Positions 49,601 to 61,300 of a DNA stretch of 64,000 bases are shown here, one piece after another. The DNA comes from Phaeosaccion multiseriatum (Eukaryota; Protista; Ochrophyta, other classes), in the NCBI GenBank assembly GCA_965112735.1, contig OZ218955.1, positions 868,001-932,000 on the forward strand, written 5' to 3'. Both the position numbers and the translations under genes were made by a program. Within the stretch, counting starts at the first letter, position 1, and each line of letters starts with the position of its first letter. The notes under the pieces were generated by a model that was not told the DNA's origin, made no database searches, and saw only the letters and a list, made by a program, of their open reading frames with translations.

Positions 49601-49708
49601 CCCGTGTTGAGGTTGGTGATGGTGCAGCCCTTGGAGATGGTGCCCTGCAGCAGTTGGTGATACAGCAGCAGCAAATGGGTGATACAGCAGAAGCAATTGG
49701 TGATACAG

Positions 49709-49747
<39 letters not shown>

Positions 49748-50087
49748 ACTGTACTCACTGACCCACTCCTTGACCGATCGACGACTGACCTACCTGGTAT
49801 ATCCGCATGTACGTGAGCTGCCCGTACTGCCCCTCCTCCAGCTTGAAGGCAAGGGCAAGCAGAGGCGCGTCGCTGGAACACACCACAGGCACTTGGGCCT
49901 CGCCAGCCGTCTGAGGGGAGGAGAGGGGGGTACAAGACAGGCATATGGGCAGGGCATGTGGGCAGACAGCCAGACAGACAGTCAGACAGACAGACAGTCA
50001 GAAAGAGGCATATGGGCAGGCAGGCAGACAAGACAGACAGACAGAGAGACAGACAGACAGAGAGATAGACAGACATATATACATACG

Positions 50088-50127
<40 letters not shown>

Positions 50128-53100
50128 GGCAGACAGACAGAGAGAGAGAGACAGTCAGACAGACAGAGACTTGGGCAGACGGACAGGGACAAGTAAGACG
50201 GAGAGACCATACGGTACATAGGACAGGGGAATATAGGCAGGGAGACAGGCAGACGGACAGCAAAGCAGGTAGGCAGGCAGGCAGGCACGTAGGCAGGTAG
50301 GAAGGCAGCCAGTACATGGGCAGGTTGATACGCCAGACGGACAGACAGAAGAAAGTAGCAGACAGCGGCAAGGCGTGACAGACCTTACGCACTCCCCCCC
50401 TCCCCTCCCTCCCTCTCCCTTCCCCCCCTCCCTCTCTCCTTCCCTCCCTCTCTCCCTCACTCACTCACTCACTCACCGTGTCCAGCGCGAAGTTTGGTAC
50501 CTCCTCGGGGCAGGGAAGGTAGTCAATAACACCGTCCAACAGAGGCTGCACGCCCTTGTTCTTGAACGCCGATCCCATAAACACGGGGCAGAATTTACAC
50601 GCAATGGTTGCACGCCGAATGGCAGCCTGGGGAGGGGAGAGAGGAGGAGAGGAGGAGGAGGAGGAGGAGGAGGAGGAGGAGGAGGAGGAGGAGGAGGAGG
50701 AGGAGGAGGAGGAGGAGGTGAGAAAGGGAGGGGGGCGAGGCGGGAGGAGGAGGCGGAGATGACGAGGGACACCATGGGAACGCGGATGAGAGTATGCGAG
50801 TGTCTTTCCTTTCATTCCATAATAGAGGGTCTTTCTTCCCATGTGTCTTTCCTTCCATTCGCGCACTCTCGCGTGAAGAAAGTCGCTGCCAGCTGTGCGT
50901 AGCTGCCGTTGCTGCTCTTGCTGCTACCGGCAAGCGCCGACGCCCTTCTTGCTTTCTTACCTTAAGTGTGTCTGTGTCGATTTCTTCCTCCATGAGAAAC
51001 AGTTCTCCGATCTGTTTGGAAGTCCGTGAGGGGAGGGGAGGGAGGAGAGGAGAGGGGAGGAGGAGGGGGGACACAGGAAATGGGAGGAGAGGGGAGGTGA
51101 GGGAAGGTGAGGGGAGGTGAGGGGGGAGAGAGGAGAGGGTGCAGGCACACACGCACGGATACACACACATGCACGCGCAACCACAGCACACACACGCTCG
51201 TACACACACACGCACGCACGCACGCACGCACGCACGCACACACAAACACCGCGCCCAGCCCCCCACACACACACCTCTTCATCCACGTCCGCCACCCGCT
51301 CGATGACCTCTTGTCTGGCGGTGAGGGCCTCCTGAGAGAGGAGGTATGCAGCGATAGGGGAAGGCAGGCATCATGCAGTCACATGGGCACAGAGCAGCAG
51401 GCAGATGAGCAGCAGCAGCGGCGGCGGTGGTTCAACGGGTCGAGGGGGCCATGAAAAGAGAGGTGCCTAAGAAGGTTCCGTGGAAGTTCTCTCTCGCTAA
51501 TAAGCGTGACCCCAAGTGCCACACCCTAGACCCCAAACCCAACCCCCAAACCCACACACATGACTACATACTTAATCACACACACGCACACACATACACA
51601 CACATGACTACATACTTAATCACACACACGCACACACATACACACACACACACATGACTACATACTTAATCACACACACGCACACACATACACACACACA
51701 TGACTACATACTTAATCACACACACGCACACACATACACACACACCTGCTGGTACTCCTCCGGCACAGGCCCCTCTGTGACGGTTTCGCCCTTCTCTCCC
51801 TCAAAGCTGAAGGATCGCATGTCGATTATGTCAATGACACCTTGGTGCCTGTCCTCCAGACCCATGGGAAGCTGCACCGCTGCTGCGTTGAGACGGAGCT
51901 GAGAGCGCAGATCGCCGATGACCTGGAGAGCAGGGGGGGGGAGGGAGGGGAGGGAGAGGGAGAGAAACAGAGTGAAAGATCGAAGGGGATAGAGAGACAG
52001 GGAGAGAGAGTGAGACAGAGAGGGAGGGAGCAAGAGTGTGAGAGAGGGAGAGGAGAAGGAGAGCGAGGCACAGCGAGTGAGGAATGACGGGGAAGGTTAC
52101 CGCATTTTACCTTGTGAGCACCACGCGTATATCCATCTTGAGTACATCTTTCGCGGACTGCTCCTACACACTCACGCACCCACAGACACATGCACGCACG
52201 CGCGCACCCACCCACCCACACCCACCCACACACACGCACACAAACGCAGACACGCACACTCACTCACACACGCACACACACACACTCTCTCTCACACACA
52301 TACACCAACACACACACACGTTCCCTCTTACCTTTGACGGACTGGCCCCGGAACGGTCGAGTTTATTGACGAAGGCGAGGCGCGGAACACTGCCCAGGGA
52401 TGTGCGGCACACGTACGTAAGAAGAAACGTAAGGGGTGAATACGAGGGGTGAGAATACGATAAGGGGTGAAAGAAAAGAGTGAGTGTACTTCCTCCTCTT
52501 GTTTTGTCTGTCTGTCTCTCCCGCCCCCTCTCTTACTTGTATCGCTTCATCTGTCTGTCGACGGTGAGGGACTGACTCTGCACGCCAGAGACACCACACA
52601 GCACCAAAATGGCCCCATCCAGCACTCGGAGAGCACGTTCCACCTTCAGTATTCACAGATGGCAGAAGATGGCCGTAGAGGGGGGAAAGGGGGAAGAGAT
52701 ACAATACAGACAGACGGGGGGGAGGCGAACACATTGTAGTAGAGGGAGGGTATCGAGTAGAGCTTGGGTGAGAGAAAGGGGAGGCAAGGCAACCTGGCGT
52801 GGTGTGCGTGCGTGCGTGAGTGAGTGAGTGAGGGTAAGTGAGTGAGGGTAAGTGAGTGAGTGAAGGAGTGAGTGAGTGAGTGCGTGAGTGAGTGGGTGAG
52901 TGAGTCGGTGGGTGAGCGTGAGTGAGTGAGTGAGAGAGTGAGGTGGCAGGTGGGTGAGTGACTGAGTGAATGAGTGGGCGTGTGAGTGAGTGCGATGGGG
53001 CATAGGCTCTAGCACGCACACACGCACGCACGCACGCACTCACCTCAATGGTGAAGTCAACGTGTCCCGGTGTGTCAATGATGTTAATGTGCTTGTCGCC

Positions 53101-54102
53101 CCACTCGCAGAATGTGGCAGCCGATTGAATGGTGATGCCCTTCTCTCGCTCGAGGTCCATGCTGTCCATCTTCGCGCCTGTGTTGGTGGGAGGGGGTGGG
53201 GAGGGAGGGGGTGGGGAGGGAGGGAGGGAGGGAGGGGGGAGAAGGGGGGCAGGGAGAGAGGGAGAAGGAGACGGACAGAAAGGTAAGACAGGTACGGAAG
53301 AGAGAAAAACACGGCACACACACACACACGCCCACCCACACACACACACACGCACACACGCACACACACGAACACACCTACTCCATCCTTGCCCCGAACG
53401 TCGTGAATGGAGCCAATCCTGCCCGTGTAGAATAAAATCCTCTCTGTGAGGGTGGTCTTGCCGCTGTCAATGTGGGCGGAGATGCCAATGTTGCGAGTGG
53501 CTTGCATGTGCTTATCCAAGGGATGACCAGCGTCGTCGTCATCTGCTTCTGCTGCTGCTGACGCGGACTTTGAGCGGACTTGCTGCTGCTGGTGTGGGCG
53601 CTGCAACGAGTGCCGGGACGGAGACAAGAGGGCGACAGAGCTGGTGGACCTGCGCGTGTGTGGATGCCACACGAGTGAGTAAGAGAGGACGAGGAGAAGG
53701 AAGGAGGGGGGGGTAGAATGACGAGCGAGAGGCGCGAGCTACGTTGGCGAGAGAGAAAGCCTACCGCAAATCACACGTCAAGTATGCCGGCATAGTGCTG
53801 TGAATAGGATCGAAAGCAGAGTTCTTCCCGCGCTGCTCATCATACATCCATCAGTGTCTGCGTGCTTACCTTCTCCCCCATGGCCCTCGCTGCGTCGGTG
53901 GGCGCAGGGACGACGCAAAGGAGTGCAGCGGACAGCAGTACGATGATGAATGATGAGATGCCCTGTACTGGGCAGCTGCAGGCGCTACTCCTTCGTGGCA
54001 TTGCTGCGGCTGCTGCCCCTGAAGTAGTGAAGCAGCCGCCTGTAAGCGACTACCGCTGCTGCCACGCCGAGGACACGAAGTGGCGCGTGCGAGCCGCCAC
54101 AT
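46667..54102 (-). CDS. GFM1: Mitochondrial translation elongation factor G1
   Basis: 18 exons: 54102-53870, 53649-53378, 53177-53044, 52643-52537, 52389-52332, 51922-51746, 51331-51275, 51011-50961, 50626-50477, 49910-49794, 49644-49594, 49436-49389, 49059-48910, 48680-48519, 48321-48151, 47898-47767, 47406-47310, 46992-46667. Motifs: [94 protein letters not shown]. Confidence 0.96.
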
Positions 54103-54516
54103 TATTAACTCAGCCCTCCACTTTAACTAGTCTCCTTCTTCTCCCTCCCTCGCTTCCTCGTCTCACGGCGTTGATGCCGTCGCTACCGGTGGGGGTGAGG
54201 TATCACAGATATGCGACACCAAGACTGAGGAGGATGCCAGGCGGCAAAGGAGAGAGTGAGGAAGTCTTCAAAGGAGGTGTGTGTGATTGTGCGGCGATTT
54301 CGTGGGGCCAAACGTCACGGCTCAGAAACCATTCTTTCCTCTTTTCCTTTCACCTTTACCTTTAGGCCCGCCCGCACCTTGCCACCCGCTTTCCGTCGCA
54401 GACTCGCAACGAATAGTGCAGCTGAGGAAGATTCCCTTGGGGTACAGAGCGAGAGGGTTGTAGTCCTTTGAAGAGTCGCAGCGGATACGTAATAAGAGTA
54501 CGCCAAGAGAAGATAG

Positions 54517-55503
54517 ATGGGGTCGCCTAGCCCCTTGATTAGCGAGGGGGCGCGCCGAGCCATCAAGGTAGGGTCATGGGCCTTGTGCACGGTGGTGGGC
54601 TATGAAATGGTCTTTAGGACGGACTATGGGGAGCACGACCACTGCTTCAGAGGGGCGCAGGAGTGGCACAGGAAGGTGAGAAGGAGAGGAAGGGGGAGGG
54701 GAGGGGAAGGGGGAAGGGAGAAGGGTACATGCTCCCTTTTCTCTTTCCTCTCTCTCTCTCTCTGTATCTTCTGTACTTTGTCCTTATGTGCCTTTGCTCC
54801 CCGTTCTAACTCTCCCTTTTTCTAAAACACGGACCCCGCTTCCGCCCCTCGCTCTGCTACTCTTGCTCGATTTCCTCCCTTCTCTCCCGGTCCATATTCT
54901 CCCCGCTTCTCCGTCTCTCTCTCTTCACCCGATCAACCAACAGAGGGTTCACCAGCTCTTCGGCATTGACAGCACCCCCAGCCACACAGTGTCGAAGAAC
55001 AGGTCGGACGCAGGCCGTACCCTGGAGAACGAGAGGGAAGAGGCAGACGCATATTGGACGTCACGCAACGCCATCACTGACTTAGGCGGTGAGTACGGAG
55101 GAGGAAGGAGGAGGAGGAGGAGGAGGAGGAGGAGGAGGGGGGGGGGAGAGGAGGAGGCGAGGGATCGCCTGCGCGAGACTCACTCACACGTGTTTCGAGG
55201 CGTCCGAATGAGGGGAGGAAGCGGTATGGATGTGAAACACCATTCACCAGTGGACTGTCCCTTTGTCATGCTGCTGCTGAACTTTGCTGGAGAGATGTGT
55301 GCCTCAATCTTAATTCCTCAACCCATTTTCTTTTTCTTTTTTCCTTCGTCCATACCCGTTCCTCCCTCCCTCTGCCATGCACTGCCATCCATGCAGGCGA
55401 AGGCATTTTCAGCTCGGCCTTCCGAGAATACAAAGACGGGCGCAAAAGAAAAGACGCCCCCATGCCTGGGCCAAAAGAAGGAGAGGAGGGGGGAAGTCCG
55501 TAA
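54517..55503 (+). CDS. Small (~136 aa) single-TM protein of unknown function
   Basis: Exons 54517-54675, 54944-55088 and 55397-55503 splice in frame. A hydrophobic helix is followed by TDYGEHDHCF. Confidence 0.7.
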
Positions 55504-55999
55504 CCTTGAGTCCACCAACCACCCTCCACCGGGGGGGTCGATGGGGGGGAAAGATGGGATGGATGGAGAGTGAATGGATGGATGGATGAATATCCAAGCA
55601 CAACATTCGTCCGTGGAAGGTCACCGTCAGATCAGATCAGAGAGGCGTGTGCTGGGTGGTGGTGGTGGTGGTGGTGGTGGTGGTGCCTGAGTACTCACAG
55701 ATGGCAGCTGCAATATGACCAACTACTTCGCAGGACCCTCCTGCTGGGCACTCACAGATTGGTGGAAAGATGGATGTGGAGGTGTGTGAGGTGTGGACAG
55801 CAGCGCATGGGCCGGAGTGATGGCAATGGATGGGGGGGGGGGGAGACCCTGGCATCCACCAAAGCCTTACTTACTTTGGTCGTGTCGTCCGCCTTATCTT
55901 GACTTACGTATGACAGACACCGCCCTCCCTTAGTTTTAATTAAAATTATGTGCATAGTAAATACATACAAAAAAGGACCGCAGTAATGACGAGCATGGC

Positions 56000-56365
56000 C
56001 TACAGCACCGCAGTAATGACTAGCATAGCCGGGACCATGAGGATGGTGCCGAGCACGAAGCTCCTCGCAATCACCTCCGTACCCAGCCCGTAATTCTTGC
56101 ACAGAGTAAAGCCCGACACCGCCAGCGGCAGGGCGGCAATAACTACAAACACCTGCCTGACAAGCACCTCCCTCTCTTCCTCCCCCTCCCCCCCCTCCTC
56201 GAGAAGGAAGCCGCCCAGGCCCCAAGCCACCACGGGCAGTAGGGCAAGCTTGTAGAGCACGTAGCATCCCACGAGGGCCCAGCCCGTGCCCGCGGGATGG
56301 GGGCGCGCTTGATGGTAGTCGACGGTGGAGGGTGCAGGAGGTTCCTGCTCCTCCTCCTCATCCTC

Positions 56366-56403
<38 letters not shown>

Positions 56404-58113
56404 GCTGTATCACCATCCGCTGCCCCTGCTGCCGTCGTGTTGTTGGCAGGAGCGCTATGAAGACCCCTACGGTCACGGCGGCAAGCGGGGTCACTGTAGC
56501 AGCGAGCCAAGAGAGGCCGTTGTCGAGGTATGAGGGGAGGGAGTACGGCGGAGCTGCTCCGCCCCCATCCACCGTCGTGTCGCGACGGCTCGTAATGAGA
56601 CCGCTCCACGCCAAGCCGGCGAGGATGCCCAGGACAGGGGGCAGGGAGAGCACGCGTGTTGAAATCCGCCAGGCGAGGGAGCGTCGCCAAAGCTTGACGC
56701 CCTGTACGTTGGGGAGGAAGGGAGGGAGGAGAGAAAGGGAAGAAAGAGCACTCGTTAGGTGGTGGGGTGGGGTGGAGAGGGGATCGAGGCTACGCCAGAT
56801 GGCACCCAGCGGCTGGGGGTGCACGCACAAGGCTGCCTGTCGAGGCAGAAAGTGCACGAAGCAATAGAGGGGAACGAACCTTCTCCCCGGCTCTGCCTTG
56901 GCTCTGCCGGCCGCTGCTGCGACTCTCCTGCTGCCCACTGCTGCCTGAGCCCCCTCCTCTCGCCACTCCTTGTGGTGGCAAATGCTCCTCCTCCTCCTCC
57001 TCCTCCTCCTCCTCCTCCTCCTCCTGCTCCTCCTCCTGCTGCTGCTGCTGTCCCCCGCTCTCTTCGTCCTCCTCCTCCTCCCCTTCCTCTGCGTGTAGTT
57101 CTCTTTGTAGCGCCCTCCACTCGAAGAGAGTGAGCATGAGAGGCAGCTGGAAAATGAAGCTGCTGATGGATGCAAGTACGCAGTACACAGCATACTCCTT
57201 TCCATACACGGCCTGAGAGAGAGAGAAAGAAAGGGAGAGAGAGAGAGGGAGAGGGAGAGAGAGGGAGAGGCTTGGCCAATGGTTTGAAGCGAGACAGGAC
57301 AAAGTCAGTCCATCCAAAGGGCAGAGAAGGCAAGACAGTAAATCCAAAGGGCAGCAGGGAGCCAGCGAGCAGACGACGTCACCACGAACGCACGCACTTG
57401 TTGGCCAGAGCGACGACAGGATGCACTGGCCCAGTAGCAGTAACAAGCGCTCGCTCTCTCACTCAACGCGTTTACTGCCCACGAGAGAAAGAAAGCAAAT
57501 GGATTTTACTTACCGTGACTATGGGGATGCCAAAGATGATGGTGTTATAAAAACTGCCCCCAAGGAAGTGCAGAAGGAAGTGGCCCACAGCATCAGAGGG
57601 CAGGCCGGCTGTAACGACAAGCATCGAATTATCACTCTCCTTTCCTCCGTTCCGGCATTGCTGCTGTTGCGCAGTCGGTACTGCCCTTGCCCTCACTCTC
57701 TTTTGCATTGGGTTCACCCTAAACCCCCCCCGCCTCTCTACCATGTCTTGTGATTGCTGTCCCTCCTTTTCTTTCCTCCCCTCTGCAGCCGCCGGCCAGA
57801 CCGAGGCGGGCAAGTGAATAGACCCTATCGTGGCAAGAACAGCGATGGCGCACGCCACCAAACGAAGCACCAAGAAGGACACCAAGAAATTCCAATAACC
57901 GAGCGCTTCATACTGCTGGACTTGTTGGATGGCGAGGAGGCGAAACACCGCGGCTGGCACACCAATCAAGAAGACGAATTTGTTCAATGTGCGCAAGCTT
58001 TCTGTGCCGAACATGCCCACCCTACCGGTCACGTAGCCTATCAAGATAAGGGCCCACAAGCTGACTCCAACCTTGAGTAGCGCTTTCGCCTCATTCAAGC
58101 TCTGCTCTGACAT
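56000..58113 (-). CDS. AEC (auxin efflux carrier / malate permease, Mem_trans) family transporter
   Basis: Exons 58113-57514, 57212-56880, 56701-56000 (all phase 0). Motifs: LILIGY..LNKFVFLIGVPAAVF, NTIIFGIPIV, PPVLGILAG, TPLAAVTVG, KLALLP, ALPLAVSGF. Confidence 0.9.
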
Positions 58114-58324
58114 CCTCTGCGTTTGTTGTTCTTTTGCCCTCCACCTTCTCACAACTTGAAGCTGAGGATGTGGTTCTCCTCCTCAACCAAATGGCGACTA
58201 CGACTGGCTCTTTGATCAATTCCACGTGATCAATTCCTTCTCTTCAAGGATCGGCGCAGCCTGGAGAGAGGAAGCTCAAGAGAACAGTGGAGGAGAAGAG
58301 TTGTTTCGCCTTGTGGTTCCATCC
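58114..58324. promoter_or_regulatory. Putative bidirectional promoter/5'UTR region between the AEC transporter and hydA
   Basis: Only 211 bp separate the divergent ATGs. Contains a direct repeat TGATCAATTCC x2 (58213-58237) around a CACGTG. Confidence 0.5.
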
Positions 58325-61300
58325 ATGCTGATTTCCCGCTTGAAGGCAGGGAACAAAGGCTATTACTTTCGCAGCAGCAGCCTATGTGGTGTGCGATGCG
58401 GTGTCTCTTCTCTGTCGTGGCGGGATTGGTGGAACCAGGAGAAGAAGGGAGACGATAAAGATGATGAAGATGGCCCGTTGGAGAAGAAAGGGCAGCAGGA
58501 GGGGGAGAAGGAAGTGCACTTTGTGCTCAATGGCCGCAGAGTGAGCGGTGCGGGAACAATTCTCTCTGTGGCAAGGGAGAGGGGGTTAAGCATACCGACC
58601 CTTTGCTATCACCCACGGCAACCGTCGAAGGGGGTTTGCCGCCTTTGCTTAGTTGAGGTGGGTATTGCCTCAGAGCTCTACTAGGGAGGCTGCCTTCCGC
58701 CCCCGCCCTCGGGCGGGCCTCTCCAACTCTCTGCGACGACGAAGTGCATGGTTGCCCTTTCTGCGTTGTATACTCTAAGGGGCACCGACTCCCCGACCGA
58801 TTGTCTGACTGTCTGCCTGTCCCACTGCCTGACTTCACTCCTTCACCCCCCCGCCCCTCCCAGGTGCAACAGCCAGGCCAGGGCAAGAGCCCTCCAAAGC
58901 TGCTTCCTGCTTGCAAGGTAGGCAGTCTTAGGTAGTGCTTGCCAGCAGTGGCTTTGCTCGTTTCTCCGTCGATCGTCGGACAGCAATTTCGGCTCTTACC
59001 CCCCTCCACTCTCTGTCCACTTCTGCCCCTCCCCTTTCTGCGTCGCTCTTTTCCGACTCTCCCATTTCGCTTCTTTCTGCTCCACTCCCTCCCACCTATC
59101 CTTGATTGCCATCTGCCGCGACTGCCCAACAAACACAGACGGCCGTAGGCGAGGGGATGAAAGTGACGACCAACTCCCCTCCAATCCGCGAGGCAGTCAC
59201 AAACAACCTTTGCTTCATCATGCGGACCCACCCCCTCGACTGTTTCAAGTGCGAGGCCAACGGGACGTGCGAACTCCTGGCCCTCACTCAGCGTTACCTT
59301 GGACCGAGAGATTGGGCGAGAATACATGAACCTGAGGAGGAGGAGGCAGAGGAGGAAGAGGAGGAAGAGGAGGAGGGAGGATTTCGGCGCTCGTTGCTGC
59401 AGGGGGCGTTGGCGGAGAACAAGAAGCAGGCTGCGGCTGAGGCTGCTGAGGGTTTGATGATGGAAAGCAGTCCTGCACTGACTCGGTATGCAGACAAGTG
59501 TATCAAATGCGGTAGGTGAGTGGGTGAGTGAGTGAGTGAGTAAGTAGTGAGAGAGGGAGAGTGTGAGTGAGTGAGTGAGTGAGTGAGTGAGTGAGTGAGT
59601 GAGTGAGTGAGTGAGTGAGTGAGTGAGTGAGTGAGTGAGTGAGTGAGTGAGTAAGTGAGGGAGTGAGTGAGTGAGTAGTGAGTGAGTAAATGAGTGAGTG
59701 AGTGAGTGAGTGAGGGAGGGAGGGAGTGAGTGAGCGAATGAGTGAGTGAATGAGTGAGTGAGTGAATGAGTGAGTGAATGAGTGAGTGAGTGAGTGAGTG
59801 AGTGAGTGAGTGAGTGAGTGAGTGAGTGAGTGAGTGAGTGAGTGAGTGAGTGAGTGAGTGAGTGAGTGAGTGAGTGAGTGAGTGAGTGAGTGAGTGAGTG
59901 AGTGAGTGAGTGAGTGAGTGAGTGAGTGAGTGAGTGAGTGAGTGAGTGAGTGAGTGAGTGAGTGAGTGAGTGAGTGAGTGAGTGAAGAGTCACTGGCATT
60001 GGTTGGTAATGGATGGTTGGATGTCACCTCTTTATTATCTAAACGGACGGATGGCCACCAGAGTCTCACCCTGCATAACAGAATAACCGTCACGTGCGTG
60101 TTGGTACTTCGCACAGGTGCATCACAGCATGCGAGCAGCAAGGGATGGGGCTATTGCATTGGGCAGGGAGGGGGGAGAACATGCACATCGTTGTCAGCAG
60201 CCCAGACCACAGGACCAGGAGGAGGACTGAAGCTCAAACTGAACCTGGGATGACGAGGGACGAGGAGGCAGAGGAGGAGGCAGAGGAGGAGGAGGGGATG
60301 GAGGTGCCACTGAACTACTCGGTGTGCTTAGCGTGTGGACAGTGTAGTGCGGTGTGCCCGGTAGGGGCCATTGTACCTCGCTCAGAGCTACGGAGCGTTA
60401 TGGACTTACTGGACAGCGCGGTGGGTGAAGAAGACGATGAAGAGGAGGAGGATGATGCTGAGAAGAAGGCAAGAGTAAGGGAGTCCTGGCTGACAGCTGG
60501 CAGGAGTGACAGCGACAAGGAGCAGCTCGAGCAGCGGCAGCAGGAGCAACAGGAGAAGGAGCAGACGAAGGGAAAACTAGGAAGAAGACTAAGAAGAAGG
60601 CCGATTACCATCGCCGCCATAGCCCCTGCTGTACGAGTGGCCATTGCGGAAGAGTTCGACCTTCCCCCCGGGGCCGTGCCGCCGGAGCAGCTGGTGTCAG
60701 GACTGAAACGCCTGGGCTTTGACGAAGTATTCGATACGAACTTTGCTGCGGACTTGTGTATCGTGGAGGAGGGGAGCGAGTTCATAGACCGACTCCGAGA
60801 GAATGGCCTTCTTGCCACCAATGGGGCAGCAATTGGTGATACAGAGCACCCACAGGCGAGGGAGAAGGCGGCTCTGCCCATGTTCACATCGTGCTGTCCA
60901 GGTATCGTACACGCTTCGTCTGATGTATTACGTAGTATTACATCTTGTCTTACGTTGCTTTGCTCTCTGCTCTTTGCCTGACTGACAACAGACGGAAGGA
61001 CTGACTGGCCTTCCCCCTTCCGGTCTAGCGCCTACTCGTCTACTCGCACAGCCTGACTCACTGCCAAACTGATTCCCTGCATCACTGCCTTACTCCCTGC
61101 CTCGCTGATTTACTTATGACATTGCCATACCCTTCCTGCCTCACTGTGTGATGACAGCGTGGGTGAACATGGTGGAGCAGGAGTATCCCGAGCTTATTCC
61201 GCACCTCTCTTCCGCCAGATCGCCACAGGGCATGATGGTAAGTTGGTGATACAGGGTATGATGGCAAGTTGGTGATTCGTTGATTGGCAGGCAGTGTAGT

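Noticed and set aside
55976-56030. 30-bp duplication at the AEC stop codon suggesting read-through
   Set aside because: Most simply a local tandem duplication in the 3'UTR, with no further evidence of function.
58527-59999. 490-aa (HSLT)n ORF on the minus strand
   Set aside because: Antisense reading of the (GTGA)n intron and hydA exons.
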